Shown here in pieces: positions 52,752 to 64,000 of a stretch of DNA of 64,000 bases. Below the pieces are notes generated by a model, which worked only from the letters and a program-made list of their open reading frames with translations, was not told the DNA's origin and did no database searches. This DNA is from Squalus acanthias (Eukaryota): assembly GCA_030390025.1 (NCBI GenBank), contig CM059433.1, positions 18,354,001-18,418,000 of the forward strand. The letters are read 5' to 3'. Numbering within the stretch: the stretch's first letter is position 1; every line of letters begins with the position of its first letter. Both the position numbers and the translations under genes were made by a program.

Positions 52752-52867
52752 ACAAGCTATATATGGGACCAGGCCAGTTGTATCAGGATTTACAAAATCT
52801 AATGCATGATTTAAGTGTGGTTGGCCAGATTACACAGCTTATTGGTACTTTAAAAGGAAATTATCAG
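52752..52867 (+). CDS. ARHGEF10: ARHGEF10 exon (KLYMGPGQLYQDLQNLMHDLSVVGQITQLIGTLKGNYQ)
   Basis: tttccag acceptor, CAG|gtacag donor, 116 nt, phase 1 to 0. Confidence 0.95.
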
Positions 52868-53012
52868 GTACAGTAAAATCTTACCATATTATGTATAAAG
52901 CTATGTTTTTGCCAATAATTTAAAAACTTGCCAGAGAGACTTTCTCCAAGTGACATTGACCCATAAAAGTGACAGTATTAAAAGCCATTAAAGTCCTTCA
53001 AGAGATGCTCTG

Positions 53013-53194
53013 GGGGTAATATTGACGTTCAGCAGTAGTGTAAAATGGGCAATATTGATTCAGCCGCCAGTTATACATCTCTCCCAATTTTCATTTCTCT
53101 TGACTTCAATGAAATTGAAAACCAGGAAATGTACAACGGAGGACTGAATCGATATTGCCCATTTCACACTATCGTCAAAAGTCAAAATTACCCC
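53013..53194. mobile_element. Small fold-back MITE
   Basis: ggggtaatattgac...aaatgggcaatat pairs with atattgcccattt...gtcaaaattacccc. Confidence 0.65.
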
Positions 53195-53594
53195 TATTGG
53201 GTGAAAACATGTGTAGGAATCATGAAGTGGCAGATGTGTTAATCTAACTCTCACATCAGTGTTCAAGAGTGAAAATCTCGGGTGCAGTCTTTTTGGCTCA
53301 GAATTCATCTCACTTATGTAGTTTGTATATTTAAACTTGACCTTTCTAAGATCTAGATCCATAGAGTTAAGCAAATCAGGAATAGATGCACAGCATCCTA
53401 AAATCCACAAGGATGTGAGCAAAGAATTAAATGGCCCTCTGGTTAACATTTTTAGGAGTTGATAAGTGCAGGAGTTCTACTGGAGGGCATCAGATGTTGT
53501 TCTGATAGGAGGGGAATGTGAATTCAGAATGATGGACCAGTTAGTTTAATTTATGTATTGGGCAAAACAGCCAAGAAAATGATCATGGAGAAAT

Positions 53595-53870
53595 AATAGA
53601 ATCATACAGCACAGAAGGAGGCCATTAAACCCATTGTGCCGGCTCTTTGAAAGAGCTATCCAATTTGGCCCACTCCCCTGCCCTTTCCCCATAGCACTGC
53701 ACATTTTTTCTGTTCAATTATTTATCCAATTCCCTTTTGAACGTTACTATTGAATCTGCTTCCACCACCCTTTCAGGCAGTGCATTCCAGATCATCATAA
53801 CTTGCTGTGTAAAAAAAAAATAAAAAATGTTTCCTCATGTCGCTTCTGTTTCGTTTGCAAATTACCTTAA
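53595..53870 (-). mobile_element. CR1 LINE 3' tail fragment
   Basis: Tail acagcacagaaggaggccatt, as at 43830. Confidence 0.75.
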
Positions 53871-54421
53871 TCATACAGCTTTATCTCATTGAAAATGCCG
53901 CTTGTGGCTTTTCATGTCGCTTGGGGAATTAATCAGCTAGTGCAGAGTTGCGAATATGGCAGATTGCACACTGTCTTTGAAAGGTGTGGGCCTGGTGAGC
54001 CCAACTGACTTTTATTCATTCCACATTTTCTTACATTCTTAAAGAACCTGATAAATTCTACAGCAGCAGGTGTTAAAAAGTATCTAGTAATGTTGTGAGC
54101 AGTTGACATCAAAATGAATAATATACTGTCTGGTGAACTTCAGTCTGTAAACAGCAATCACGTAACAGTTTAAATATTCAATATCTGATATTTGCATGTA
54201 GCGTCTTAAAGTGGTTTGCTGGGGTCGTAAATCTAAAAGCAGGTACAATGATGATCCGAAAAATGCAAGTAAATTGTGTGCAGTTGTGCCTGAGTTGGTG
54301 CTTTGCCGGTGCTGTTCTGCTAATTTCATATTAAATGTGCCTCTGAGTTTCTTGACACTTGGGAACGAAATCCTATTCCCTAAATACAAGTCTTTTGGTT
54401 TGCAATTCTTTTTCGTTGCAG

Positions 54422-54549
54422 AATTTAAATCCAACTGTGAGCCAGGACTGGACAGCAGGTCTTCAGAAACTTATATTTAAAAAAGAGGAGGAAATAAGAG
54501 CAGCCGATCGCTGCCGAATTCAACTGCAGCTGCCTGGAAAACCAGACAA
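54422..54549 (+). CDS. ARHGEF10: ARHGEF10 exon ([42 protein letters not shown])
   Basis: gttgcag acceptor, AA|gttggt donor (weak), 128 nt, phase 0 to 2. Confidence 0.92.
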
Positions 54550-55812
54550 GTTGGTATTGAGCATATTCTAACACCGAGCACGTAGGGATCCCAAAAGACA
54601 GATTGGAGTTGCTTTATTTTTCAAATGTTTATCAATCTTTTGAGACTGCAACATCATTGCTGAATAATAAGTTTTTTTTTAAGTTTGGATTCATAAATTA
54701 AATGCTTTTAACCTGTTCCTCCCATTATTTTGATTCAGAGTTCCCTGTTGAATGTAGACATCTGTCTGAAATCGTATTCTTTGAAGTTCAATTTTAAATT
54801 GGGTAAGGTTGTCTCAGACAAACTGCCAGGTATTGGCAGAGGCAGTCTCAAAGGGTTAGATAGTGCCTGTATTATGGGTGCATGACACAGATTCCTTTTA
54901 ACCATTTTATTTTTACTTTTGGAATGCCACCTAGTTCTTAAAATGCATTAAATATGATTTTTTTTGAATAAGCCAATATATGTGAAGTTTACTTTCTGTT
55001 TTAATTATAAGTGCGGAAGTCCAAGGACATGGATTTGGAGCTCTGGGGCACAAAAACTATGAAGGTTTAAATTCTTCAAGGACGATGTACGTTTTTTTTT
55101 TACAACAATTCTTATTTCTGTTATGTTGCATGAGAATGAAAATGCTCCAGCGCCGACTGCAGAAATTGCAATGATGTTATCCACGGTATCATGAAGAGGT
55201 GCTGATCAAAGGATTAGTAATAATATTTAAAAGACTTGGAATGCATCATTAGTGACCTCATTTCGGGGTCTAATATATATTTAATAAATCTCCCCTTCAA
55301 ACATTTGGCTGCTTTGATCAGTTACTGTATCACTGATGTCTTTTTTTAGAAACCCATTTATGTGACCAGTTGAAGAAGCCAAGTGTTTGGAAGCTAAACA
55401 GAAATAAATTGTGCATGTTTGGCATAGCGGGTACCACTGATACTATAAGGGGTAATACACTATTGCTAGGAAGAAAAAGTTGGAAATGTATAGATGTCAC
55501 GATATATGTTCCAAATCCCAGAAAAATATCAAAACCATGCCATGTGCACAAAAGGCAATATTTAGCTCATTATTTTGAAGAGATATATCTTGTCATCGAG
55601 CACATCTTGCAAATGTGCCTAACCAATTGGACACCATATGTAAGTGATATCTAATGCATCTTTCAGTGCTAACAGATGCCAAAGCTGCTATTTTAAATTA
55701 AGGTACCATATTCCACAATTTTATTATTCCGTAACCTTTTCAACATTTTTTAAATGGAGTTGACTCCACTTTTTAAAAAATAGTTTTAAATGTCTAATTT
55801 TTTTTTTTGCAG

Positions 55813-55913
55813 ATCTGGAAGACCTTCATTCTTCACAGCAGTATTCAATACATTTACTCCAACAAACAAACTCTCCTGGATGAGTAGTTTACAGATGGCC
55901 AAATTGGCCCTTG
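55813..55913 (+). CDS. ARHGEF10: ARHGEF10 exon (SGRPSFFTAVFNTFTPTNKLSWMSSLQMAKLAL)
   Basis: poly-T gcag acceptor, G|gtaagg donor, 101 nt, phase 2 to 1. Confidence 0.95.
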
Positions 55914-56049
55914 GTAAGGTTTCACTGTTTGAAGTTGTATGTTGATAGCCAGATAAGTGTTTATTTTCTGCTAATATTTTGGATTCTACAGCTTATACCC
56001 AACTGCATGCCTTAACGCACAAATATCTCCATGCAAGGAATAACTGTCG

Positions 56050-56207
56050 CATAAGAATTAGGAGCAGGAGTAGGCCATACGGCCCCTCGAGCCTACTCCG
56101 CCACTCAGTAAGATCATGGTTGATCTTTGACCTCAACTCCACTTTCCCGCCTGATCCCCATATCCTTTGATTCCCTCAGAGTCCAAAAATCTATCTATCC
56201 CTGCCTT
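56050..56207 (-). mobile_element. Older CR1 3' end, first half (continues at 62189-62305)
   Basis: Reverse complement of the CR1 tail, which resumes collinearly after 62188. Confidence 0.75.
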
Positions 56208-58985
56208 TAATTACAGCTCTTTTGCTCTCTAGCTTAGATAAGTCGATTAAATTCAGAACTGGGAGAGTATTACTACTATAACTTTATTGAATTAATAACT
56301 TAAACTAAATTAACTAACTAAAACTAAAAATTAAAAGTAAAAATAATCATTTGAATAAAAACTGTAACTAATTATATAAATAAAATAAGGTTAGATAGAG
56401 CTGGCAGTGCAGGTGGTGCGTCGTAACTGCAGCATGTGGGAGTTGGTGAAGACCAACGAGATCCCGAGCAACCACATCTGCGGTATGTGCCTGCAGCCCG
56501 AGGAACTTCAGCTCAGTTGTTGAGCTGGAGTCCGAGCTGCAGACATTGCGATGCATCAGGGAAGGGGAGAGGTACCTGGACACTTTGTTCCAGGAGGCAG
56601 TCACACCCCTTAGGTTCAGCAGTACTTTAGAGTTAGCCACTGGTCAGGGACAGGAGGGTGTGACTTCGATTCAGGAAGGCATGGGGACCCAGGATATAGT
56701 GATGGAGGAGCCTCAGCCCTTGACCTTGTACAACAGGTAGGAGGTACTTGCTGCCTGTATGGATGAGAACAAGAACTGCAGGGAGGATGGGCAAACTGAC
56801 CACGGCACCGTGGTACAGGAGGCCATTCAAGTGGGGGGAGTAAAAAGGAATGTGGTAGTGGTAGGCGACAGTATAGTCGGGGTTAGATACTGTTCTCTGC
56901 AGCCGCGAGAGGGAGAACCGAAGGCTGTGTTGCCTGCCCGGTGCCAGGGTTAAGGATATCTCCTCCTGGCTGGAGAAGAACTTGGAGGGGGAGAATCCAA
57001 TTGTCGTGGTCCATGTAGAAACCAACGACATAGGTAAAACTAGGAATGAGATTCTGCTGAGGGAGTTTGAGGAGCTAGGATCCAAATTAAAAAGCAGAAC
57101 CTCAAAGGTAATAATCTCTGGATTATTACCTGAGCCACGCGCAAAATGGCATAGGGACAAACAGATTAGAGGTTTAAATGCGTGGCTCAAAGAGTGGTGT
57201 GGGAGGAAGGCGGTTTCAGTTCATGGGGCACTGGCACCAGTACTGGGGAAAGAGGGAGCTGTTCCGATGGGACGGGCTCCACTTAAACCAGGCTGGGACC
57301 AGAGTCCTGGCGAATTGAGTAACTAGGACAGTAGACAGGGCTTTAAACTAATGAAGTGGGGTTGGGAGGATTCAGGAAAGAGTAAATTTAAAAGCAGCAA
57401 GAGAAATGTCAAGGCTCTAGAGCAGAGTTTTGAGTAAAAATAAGCAGGTCAGGAAGGGACAGAGAGTAATAAAGCATCAATGACTAAGGTGACAAGAGAA
57501 AAATAGAAAAGAATCAAAGCTAAAGGCACTATAACTGAATGCGTGAAGCATTCGCAACAAAATAGATGAATTAATAATGCAGATAGAAATTAACAGGTTT
57601 GATCTAATAGCCATTACGGAGATGTGGTTGCAAAGTGGCCAAGATTGGGAACTAAATATTCCAGGATACTTAACTTTTGGAAGAGATAGGCAAAATGGAA
57701 AAGGTGGAGGGGTAGCCCTGATAATAAAGGATTGGATAAAGACAGTAGAGAGAAAAGATCTTTGCTTCAAAAATCAAGAAGTAGTATCAGTTTGGGTGGA
57801 GCTAAGAAATAGCAAGGGGCAGCAAACATTGGTGGGAGTTATTTATAGGCCCCCCAAACAGTAGTTGTAATGTAGGGCAGAATATAAATCAGGAAATTAG
57901 AGGCGTATGTAACAAGGGTAATACAGTAATCATGGGGGACTTTAATCTACATATAGACTGGGCAAACCAAATTTGCAGTAATAGTGTGGAGGATGAATTC
58001 ATGGAATGTATACAACATAGTTTTCTGTATCAGTATGTTGAGGAACCAACTAAGGAACAGGCTATTTTAGATCTAGTATTGTGCAATGAGAAAGGGTTAA
58101 TTAATAACCTTCCAGTAAAGGGGCCTTTAGGGAAGAGTGACCATAATATGATAGAATTTTATATTGAGTTTGAAAGTGATTGAGTTAAATCCGAAACTAG
58201 AGTCTGAAATCTAAACAAAGCAAACTACGTAGGTATGAGGGGCGAGTTGGCTAAGGTAGATTGGGAAACTACATTAAAAGGTATGATGGTAGACAAGCAA
58301 TGGCTAGCATTTAAAGAATTAATACATAATTTACAACAAATATACATTTCTTTAAGGCACAAAAACCCCACAGGAAAAGTGGTCCAACCGTGGCTAACGA
58401 GAAGTTAACGATAGTATTAGATCAAAGGAAGAGGCTTATAATGTTGCCTAAAAGAGTAGTAAGCCTGAGGAATGGGAGGATTTTAGAATTCAGCAAAGGA
58501 GGACCAAGAAATTGATGAAGAAAGGGAAAATAGAATATGAGAGTAAACTAGCGAGAGACATAAAAACAGACAGTAAAAGCTTCTATAGGTATGTAAAAAG
58601 GAAAAGATTAACAAAAGTAAATGTGGGTCCCTTACAGGCTGAGACAGGAGAAATTATAATGGGGAATAAGGAAATGGCAGAGAAATTAAACAAATACTCT
58701 GGGGGCGATTTTCCCACTGGAGGCGAGATGGAGGCGGGTTTTGGTTTGGGTGGGTTTGAAACCCGCCTCCACTGATAGTTCTCAAAAAATTGAGATTTTT
58801 CCCATGATCGGCCACTTGATTTCAGAGGTGTGGGATGCCCTTGGTCAATTAATGTTTTGGGACTGAAACCCACCTTTGTTGACATCACTTTTCCAGTCTG
58901 ATTTTATGGTTTCTTGCTGCCTTGGCTCATTCCACAGCATTTCTGCCTATGCTGCACCACCTGCAATATATTCTGAGAAACCACT

Positions 58986-59160
58986 ATGTCCAATTCCAAG
59001 CCAAGGGCCTCCCCGAGGCTCTCGGAAGAGGCGCTGCAAATGTTGTTTGTGGGGGTGATGGCTAGCATGGAGGTGCTCTTCCACTCATCTGGGAGGAAGA
59101 GGCCTGCCAAAGAAACCAAGGCTGTGTGGGTATAGCTGGCAAGGGATATAACCTCCAGAT
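58986..59160 (+). pseudogene. Harbinger Myb/SANT-like (trihelix) DNA-binding protein, N-terminal remnant
   Basis: MSNSKPRASPRLSEEALQMLFVGVMASMEVLFHSSGRKRPAKETKAVWV*LARDITSR resembles the R-x-P-x-F-S...W...A pattern of the Harbinger second ORF. Confidence 0.7.
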
Positions 59161-59359
59161 CTGTGTGCAGATTGGGAGAATGTTTGTGTATTGATGAAAT
59201 GCCATCCCTGTTGGAAAGCATTAAAATGATTTGAAGCCAAAATGTTGGCGTTATGGCATCTGTTCTTTCGCCTTAGGCAGCTCCACATTGCGGGCTCCGC
59301 CACACTTGCGTTGTCAGGTTGGTGGCCTGAGTGAAAGGAGGCCAGAGAGTCATGTCCAT

Positions 59360-60742
59360 TGTCAATGATGTCCTAGGATGGAGCCAAGGACATGTGCCAA
59401 CTTGGGCAACCTATGCAAATCTGGCCAGGATAAGTTTATCCCTTGCATCCCGGGCAGCCATGTGCTCGCGTGCTGCCGCTGCCTCTGGTCGATACACCAG
59501 CGCTTTGACCTCCTCCTGCTCCTCCAGATCCTCCTCCTCATCCTCATCTGAGGATGGCTGGAACTGAGCCGCTTGCTCATCAGGAAGCTGCAAGCCACGA
59601 TGTTGTGCAGTGTACAGCAGACCACGACCATTCTGGAGACCCTGTATGGTGTATACTGCAGGGCTCCACCTGATCGGTCAAGGCAACGGAAGCGCATCTT
59701 CAACAACCCAATGGTTTGCTCGATGATCGACCTGGTCGAAGTGTGGCTGGCGTTGTAGCGCTCTTCAGCCTCGTTAGCTGGCCTCCTGATCGGCGTCATT
59801 AGCCACTTCTTCAGGGGTAGCCTTTGTCACCAAGGAGCCATCCATTAAGTTGGTTTGGTGGATTGAAAAGCGGAGGAACACTAGAGTGCCGTAGGATGAA
59901 AGAATCATGGCAACTACCACAGAACTTGGCGCAAACATGCAAGAACTCCTCCTTGTGGCTACACACCAGCTGTACGTTGAGGGAGTGGAAGCCCTTTCGG
60001 TTGACAAAGATAGCTGGGTTGTGATGGGTGCCCTAAGGGCCACATGTGTGCAGTCTATGACGCCCTGCACCATTGGCAAGCCTGCCATATTTGCAAAGCC
60101 AACCGAACAGGGCGGTTATGCTTGCTTGATCTCTTATGAACTGGATGTAATTGTGGGCTGGTTGTAATTGTGGGCCTTAGCAAAAAGGGCATCGGTAACC
60201 TGCGTGATGCAACTGTGGGCGGCTGACTGGGAGATGCCGCTGATGTCTGCTGATGATCCCTGGAAGGAGCCTGAGGCAAAGAAGTTGAGTGCGGTGGTGA
60301 CTTTGACAGCCACTGGTAAGGGGTATTTACCCGTTCCTCTGGGCACCAGGTCTTGCTGCAGCAGGCCGCAGATCTCTCTGACAACCTCTCGCGAAAGTCT
60401 CAGCCGCCTTTGGCACTGTTGCTCACTCATGTTGAGGTAGCTCATCCTTTGTCTGTAAACCCTCTGTCGGGGGTATCTCCTGCGGCGAGGTGCCTCGATG
60501 AGCTGGTGCCTTCTGCCCTGTGCAGCATCAGGTGGCTGAGCAGGAGGTTGGGGCTCCTGCTGGTGTTGCTCCTGAGCTGCCTGGTTCTGCTGCTGCCCTG
60601 GATGGTCCTCATCCTCATCTGAGGTCCATGGTGAAAGAAAATGAATGGTTCCCATGTTGCTTGCAGATGCCTCCTTTGGGCAAGTGCTCATTGCAAGCGG
60701 GGAGAGGGTCTTCCAAGGAGGTCCCACAGTTGATTGATTCAA
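59360..60742 (-). pseudogene. Harbinger (HARBI1-like) DDE transposase, frameshifted
   Basis: [77 protein letters not shown]. Confidence 0.9.
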
Positions 60743-62188
60743 GCTGCAGCACCTCCGACTTCGGAAGGCCTTCTAAAAGTGCTCAGAGACCTTTTAAAGC
60801 CAAGTTCTGGCACCTGCAAGTAATCCTTGATGTAACAAACGATGTCTTGTTAGACCTGTAGCTGTGAGGAGACCACCCACTAGTCAAACCGCCAGGTTTA
60901 CCTGGCGTGGTTTAGGAGGTGCATGAAGCACGCCAAAATGCACGAAAAATCATGAGGGCCTCTCAAAATAGACCTGGAGAGGCCCTTAACGAGCATTTAA
61001 TGATCACAAGTATTGCTATGGCCAGCTGGAGGCGGGACTGTTTCCCGACCTCCAAAACTGCCACCGGCAAAATCCCGCGGAGGCGGGTTCCAAACCCGCC
61101 CTCGTTGAATCTGATTTTCCCGCCTCCTCCGGCAGAAAATCGCCCCCTTTGTGTCTGTCTTTATGGAAGAAGATGCAAAAAACTTCCCGGAAATAGTGGA
61201 GAACCAAGGATCTAGCAAGAATGAGGAACTGAAAGAAATTAGTATTAGTAAAAAAATAGAACTGGAAAAATTAATGGGACTGAAAGCCGATAAATTCCCT
61301 GGACCTGAGGAGGATGCAAAGAGGCTTCAAGGGGATATAGACAGGCTAAGTGAGTGGGCAAGAACATGGCAAATGGAATATAATGTGGAGAAATGTGAAG
61401 TTATCCACTTCGGTAGGAAATATAGAAAAGCAGAGTATTTTTTAAATGGTGAGAGATTGGGAAATGTTGCTGTTCAGAGGGATCTGGGTGTCCTTGTACA
61501 CAGATCACTGAAAGTTAACATGCAGGTACAGCAAGCAATTAAGAAAGCAAATGGTATATTGGCCTTTATTACAAGAGGATTTGAGTTTAAGAGTAAAGAT
61601 GTCTTACTGCAATTATATAGGGCCCTGGTGAGACCACACCTGGAGTATTGTGTACTGTTTTGGTCTCCTTACCTAAGGAAGGATATTCTTGCCATAGAGG
61701 GAGTGCAATGAAGGTTCACCAGACTGGTTCCTGGGATGGGGGGATTGTCCTATGAGGAGAGATTGAGTAGACTAGGCCTATATTCTCTAGAGTTTAGAAG
61801 AATGAGAGGTGATCTCATTGAAACATACAAAATTTTTACAGGGCTTGACAGGGTAGATGCAGGGAGGATGTTTCCCCTGGCTGGGGGGGTCCAGCACCAG
61901 GGGTCACAGTCTCAGAATAAGGGTTTGGCCATTTAGGACTGAGATGAGGAGAAATGTCTTCACTCAGAGGGTGGTGAATCTTTGGAATTCTCTACCCCAG
62001 AGGGCTGTGGAGGCTCAGTCATTGAGTATTTTCAAGACAGAGAACGATAAATTTTTGGATAGTAAGGGAATCAAGAGATATGGGGATAGTTCAGGAAAGT
62101 GGAGATAAGGTAGAAGATCAGCCATGATATTGAATGGCGGAGCAGGCTCGAGGGCCGAATGGCCTACTCCTGCTCCTATTTCTTATGT

Positions 62189-62305
62189 TGAATAGATGCA
62201 AAGATTCGGCATCCACAGCTTTGAGGTAGCGAATTCCAAAGATTCAGAACCCTCTGAGTGAAGAAATTCCTCCTCATCTCAGTCTTAATTGGCCGACACC
62301 TTAGG
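62189..62305 (-). mobile_element. Older CR1 3' region, second half
   Basis: gcatccacagc...gaattccaaagattc...gaagaaattcctcctcatctcagtc, the reverse complement of CR1 3' coding sequence. Confidence 0.7.
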
Positions 62306-62517
62306 ATAGGAGCACTTGGGCAAAATTCAAGTTTTAAAACCTCAGAATTAGAAAGTTATTTCTTCTCAAAATGAAACATGTGAATTGAATAATTTGTATT
62401 CAATACGCTTTATTAATATGCCTCTGGAGTTTTCATTAGAAATAGATTTCACAATGTGAAAAAATACAACTAGTAACTTTTCTATTTTATTCTGTTCCTT
62501 CCCCCTTCTTTGAAAAG

Positions 62518-62639
62518 CGGACGAAAACCAGCTGGGCTGGTTTTGTGCAGAGGATGATGGGAAACAAGCAAAGCGGCAAAAACATCCACTTCTTGTCAGA
62601 CACATGCCTGTAATGATGTCAAAACTTCAGGAGTTCAAG
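62518..62639 (+). CDS. ARHGEF10: ARHGEF10 exon (DENQLGWFCAEDDGKQAKRQKHPLLVRHMPVMMSKLQEFK)
   Basis: Long pyrimidine tract then tgaaaag (AAG) acceptor, AAG|gtgaga donor, 122 nt, phase 1 to 0. Confidence 0.93.
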
Positions 62640-63654
62640 GTGAGATTTAAAAGTTCAATTTTTGTGATGGTTACCTGAGTCTAGCCACAGACTGGATTTT
62701 AGACCTGTGTACCAATAAACTCTATTTAGAGTCCCAAAGAAACTACACTTTCGAGTTCCTGCAGTAAATTTGGAAAGCGTTATTGATATGTCAGTCCACT
62801 GATGAAGCCAAATCTACTGGGCCAGAGCATAATGAGTAGCCAGGTTAATGGCTCAACTGTGCCTACTTTTAGTCTCATCCATACTCAGTATTGATTAGTA
62901 AGTGGCCTGTCTTTGGGGTCCTTGGGCTCCAAGATGACATACCTAGTTATAGGGTATTGAGATCTAAGTTGATCCTTTGTAACAGCGTCTATATTCCACT
63001 ATCTCAGCCAGGCATGCTCTCAGTACTCCAAGGCACTGTTAATAAATGACCAGCCAGCCTGGCTCATTAACGGGACCTGGGGGAGTCAACCTGTCACTAG
63101 GGACTGGGATTGTGCCCACTCGGCTCCAGATAACCGTGCAAGCTGTTGCTCTGATGAGCAAGTTGATCTTAGCTGGACAAGCAGTGAGATGTTAACTACT
63201 TTGCCTTGATGATAAGCTATGTGACTTTAGCTGTTAAATTTCAGAGGGCCCCTGAACAAACTTGGGGATCCCTAAGCCGTGGCAATTTGCGACCTGTACC
63301 CAATCCAAGTTATCTGGGATTGGGTAAATGGGGAAGTGTAAAAGAAAGCTCCCATTTAGCTGGATCTCAATGTAATTGCTCTTGGGCAGATGCGCAAAAT
63401 GGATGATAGTGAATTGGCAGCCCGTTTTAATCCCTGCCAGATTTTGTTTCTTTCCCATTGATTTCAATGAATAAGTGATTGGAACATGCTGCCGATTCGC
63501 TGACATCTGTTTTGCGTTATCGCCAAAGACCAATTTCCCCCCCCTTGGTAGCTGAAGCACGATGGTAGGTTTCCAAGCATGTCGGCTAACAAAAAATATT
63601 CTTTTAACGTGAAATTTTAATAACTCGCTCCGATTTCTTTCGCTAAGTGCAGCT

Positions 63655-63790
63655 GTTCTTTGTTCGGACGAAGGGTCCGCACCTGAAATGTTAGCTTTTC
63701 TGTTCTTTCCACAGCTGCTGACTGACGAGCTGAGTGTTTCCAGTATTCTCTGTTTTTGTTTCAGATTTCCAGCATTTGTAGTTTTATATC
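63655..63790 (+). mobile_element. Penelope-like element terminal repeat with a degenerate hammerhead core
   Basis: cggacgaagggtccgcacctgaaatgttag...gctgagtgtttccag...tttcagatttccagcat resembles the recalled chondrichthyan Penelope pLTR. Confidence 0.6.
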
Positions 63791-64000
63791 CTTTATTTGT
63801 GTTCTCTGTAACAGTTACCAGCAGTTTGAGTGCTTAATGGGTGTTTTAAAAAGTCGATTAGTAAACTATCTTGTGCTGCTGAAACTGCTGATCCTGTTAG
63901 AGATCACAAGTAGTCACCTTGATATTTAGTGATCACTTGGGGACCTGTCCAGATCGATCACTATAACTAAATTCCACTGTAGTTGTTCTAAATAGTCTTT

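Larger units (their letters stand above)
58701..61147 (-). mobile_element. PIF/Harbinger DNA transposon (defective, both TIRs present)
   Basis: TIRs gggggcgattttc / gaaaatcgccccc; 3-bp flanks tct/ttt, and removing the element restores CR1 NKYFVSVF; carries HARBI1-like transposase and Myb-like remnants. Confidence 0.92.
56210..62188 (+). mobile_element. Near full-length CR1 LINE (ORF1 zinc finger and esterase, ORF2 endonuclease, RT core deleted), interrupted by a Harbinger element
   Basis: ORF1: CSMWE...HICGMC, VVVGDSIV, VVHVETNDIG. ORF2 endonuclease: DLIAITEMWL, MGDFNL, ILDLVL, GKSDHN. C-terminus: RPHLEYCV. Multiple stops and frameshifts; 5' boundary approximate. Confidence 0.9.
341..62639 (+). 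other. ARHGEF10: ARHGEF10 gene body (partial): 12 internal coding exons; gene continues beyond both window ends
   Basis: All 12 exons have AG/GT boundaries and matching phases and join into one stop-free frame: DHRFGCLEEEEQNLFIDVDCKHPE...VVRRYILGSVVESEKNY...[22 protein letters not shown]...YMGPGQLYQDLQNL...HPLLVRHMPVMMSKLQEFK. This matches recalled human ARHGEF10 closely, e.g. EEEQNLFIDVDCKHPE and RYLIRSDDM. Confidence 0.95.

Noticed and set aside
59360..60742. Domesticated HARBI1 host gene nested in the intron
   Set aside because: Frameshifted, bounded by TIRs and inserted inside a CR1, so it is a transposon copy.
341..62639. ARHGEF10L or ARHGEF17 as the gene identity
   Set aside because: Peptides such as EEEQNLFIDVDCKHPE and RYLIRSDDM.ETVYN match recalled ARHGEF10 best; a phylogeny or synteny check would make this final.
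1..64000. CRISPR arrays, operons or other prokaryotic systems
   Set aside because: The sequence is a spliced vertebrate gene with eukaryotic TEs; no regularly spaced repeat-spacer array was seen.

Overview
Vertebrate genomic DNA, very probably a shark or other elasmobranch, judged from HE1-type V-SINEs, Deu-domain SINEs, CR1/L2/RTE LINEs and a Penelope-type terminal repeat. The whole window lies inside one + strand gene, ARHGEF10 (Rho GEF 10). Twelve internal GT-AG coding exons (341-62639) splice into one open frame covering the DH domain, the PH-like region and the start of the C-terminal region; neither start nor stop codon is in the window. The introns are dense with transposons. These include three young RTE insertions with clear TSDs, one with a twin-priming-type 5' inversion, and a solo LTR. 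There is also a three-level nest in which a CR1 (-) holds a near full-length CR1 (+) lacking its RT core, which in turn holds a PIF/Harbinger element with transposase and Myb-like remnants. Around ten Harbinger-type MITEs are present, two with covarying subterminal hairpins, plus a hAT MITE. Other points of interest are a candidate frame-preserving cassette exon with two alternative donors at 40978-41019/41118 and an unexplained CpG-rich ~1 kb segment at ~8480-9560. Family assignments come from recalled motifs, not database searches, and boundaries of old repeats are approximate. Most ORF-track entries are spurious or TE-derived.
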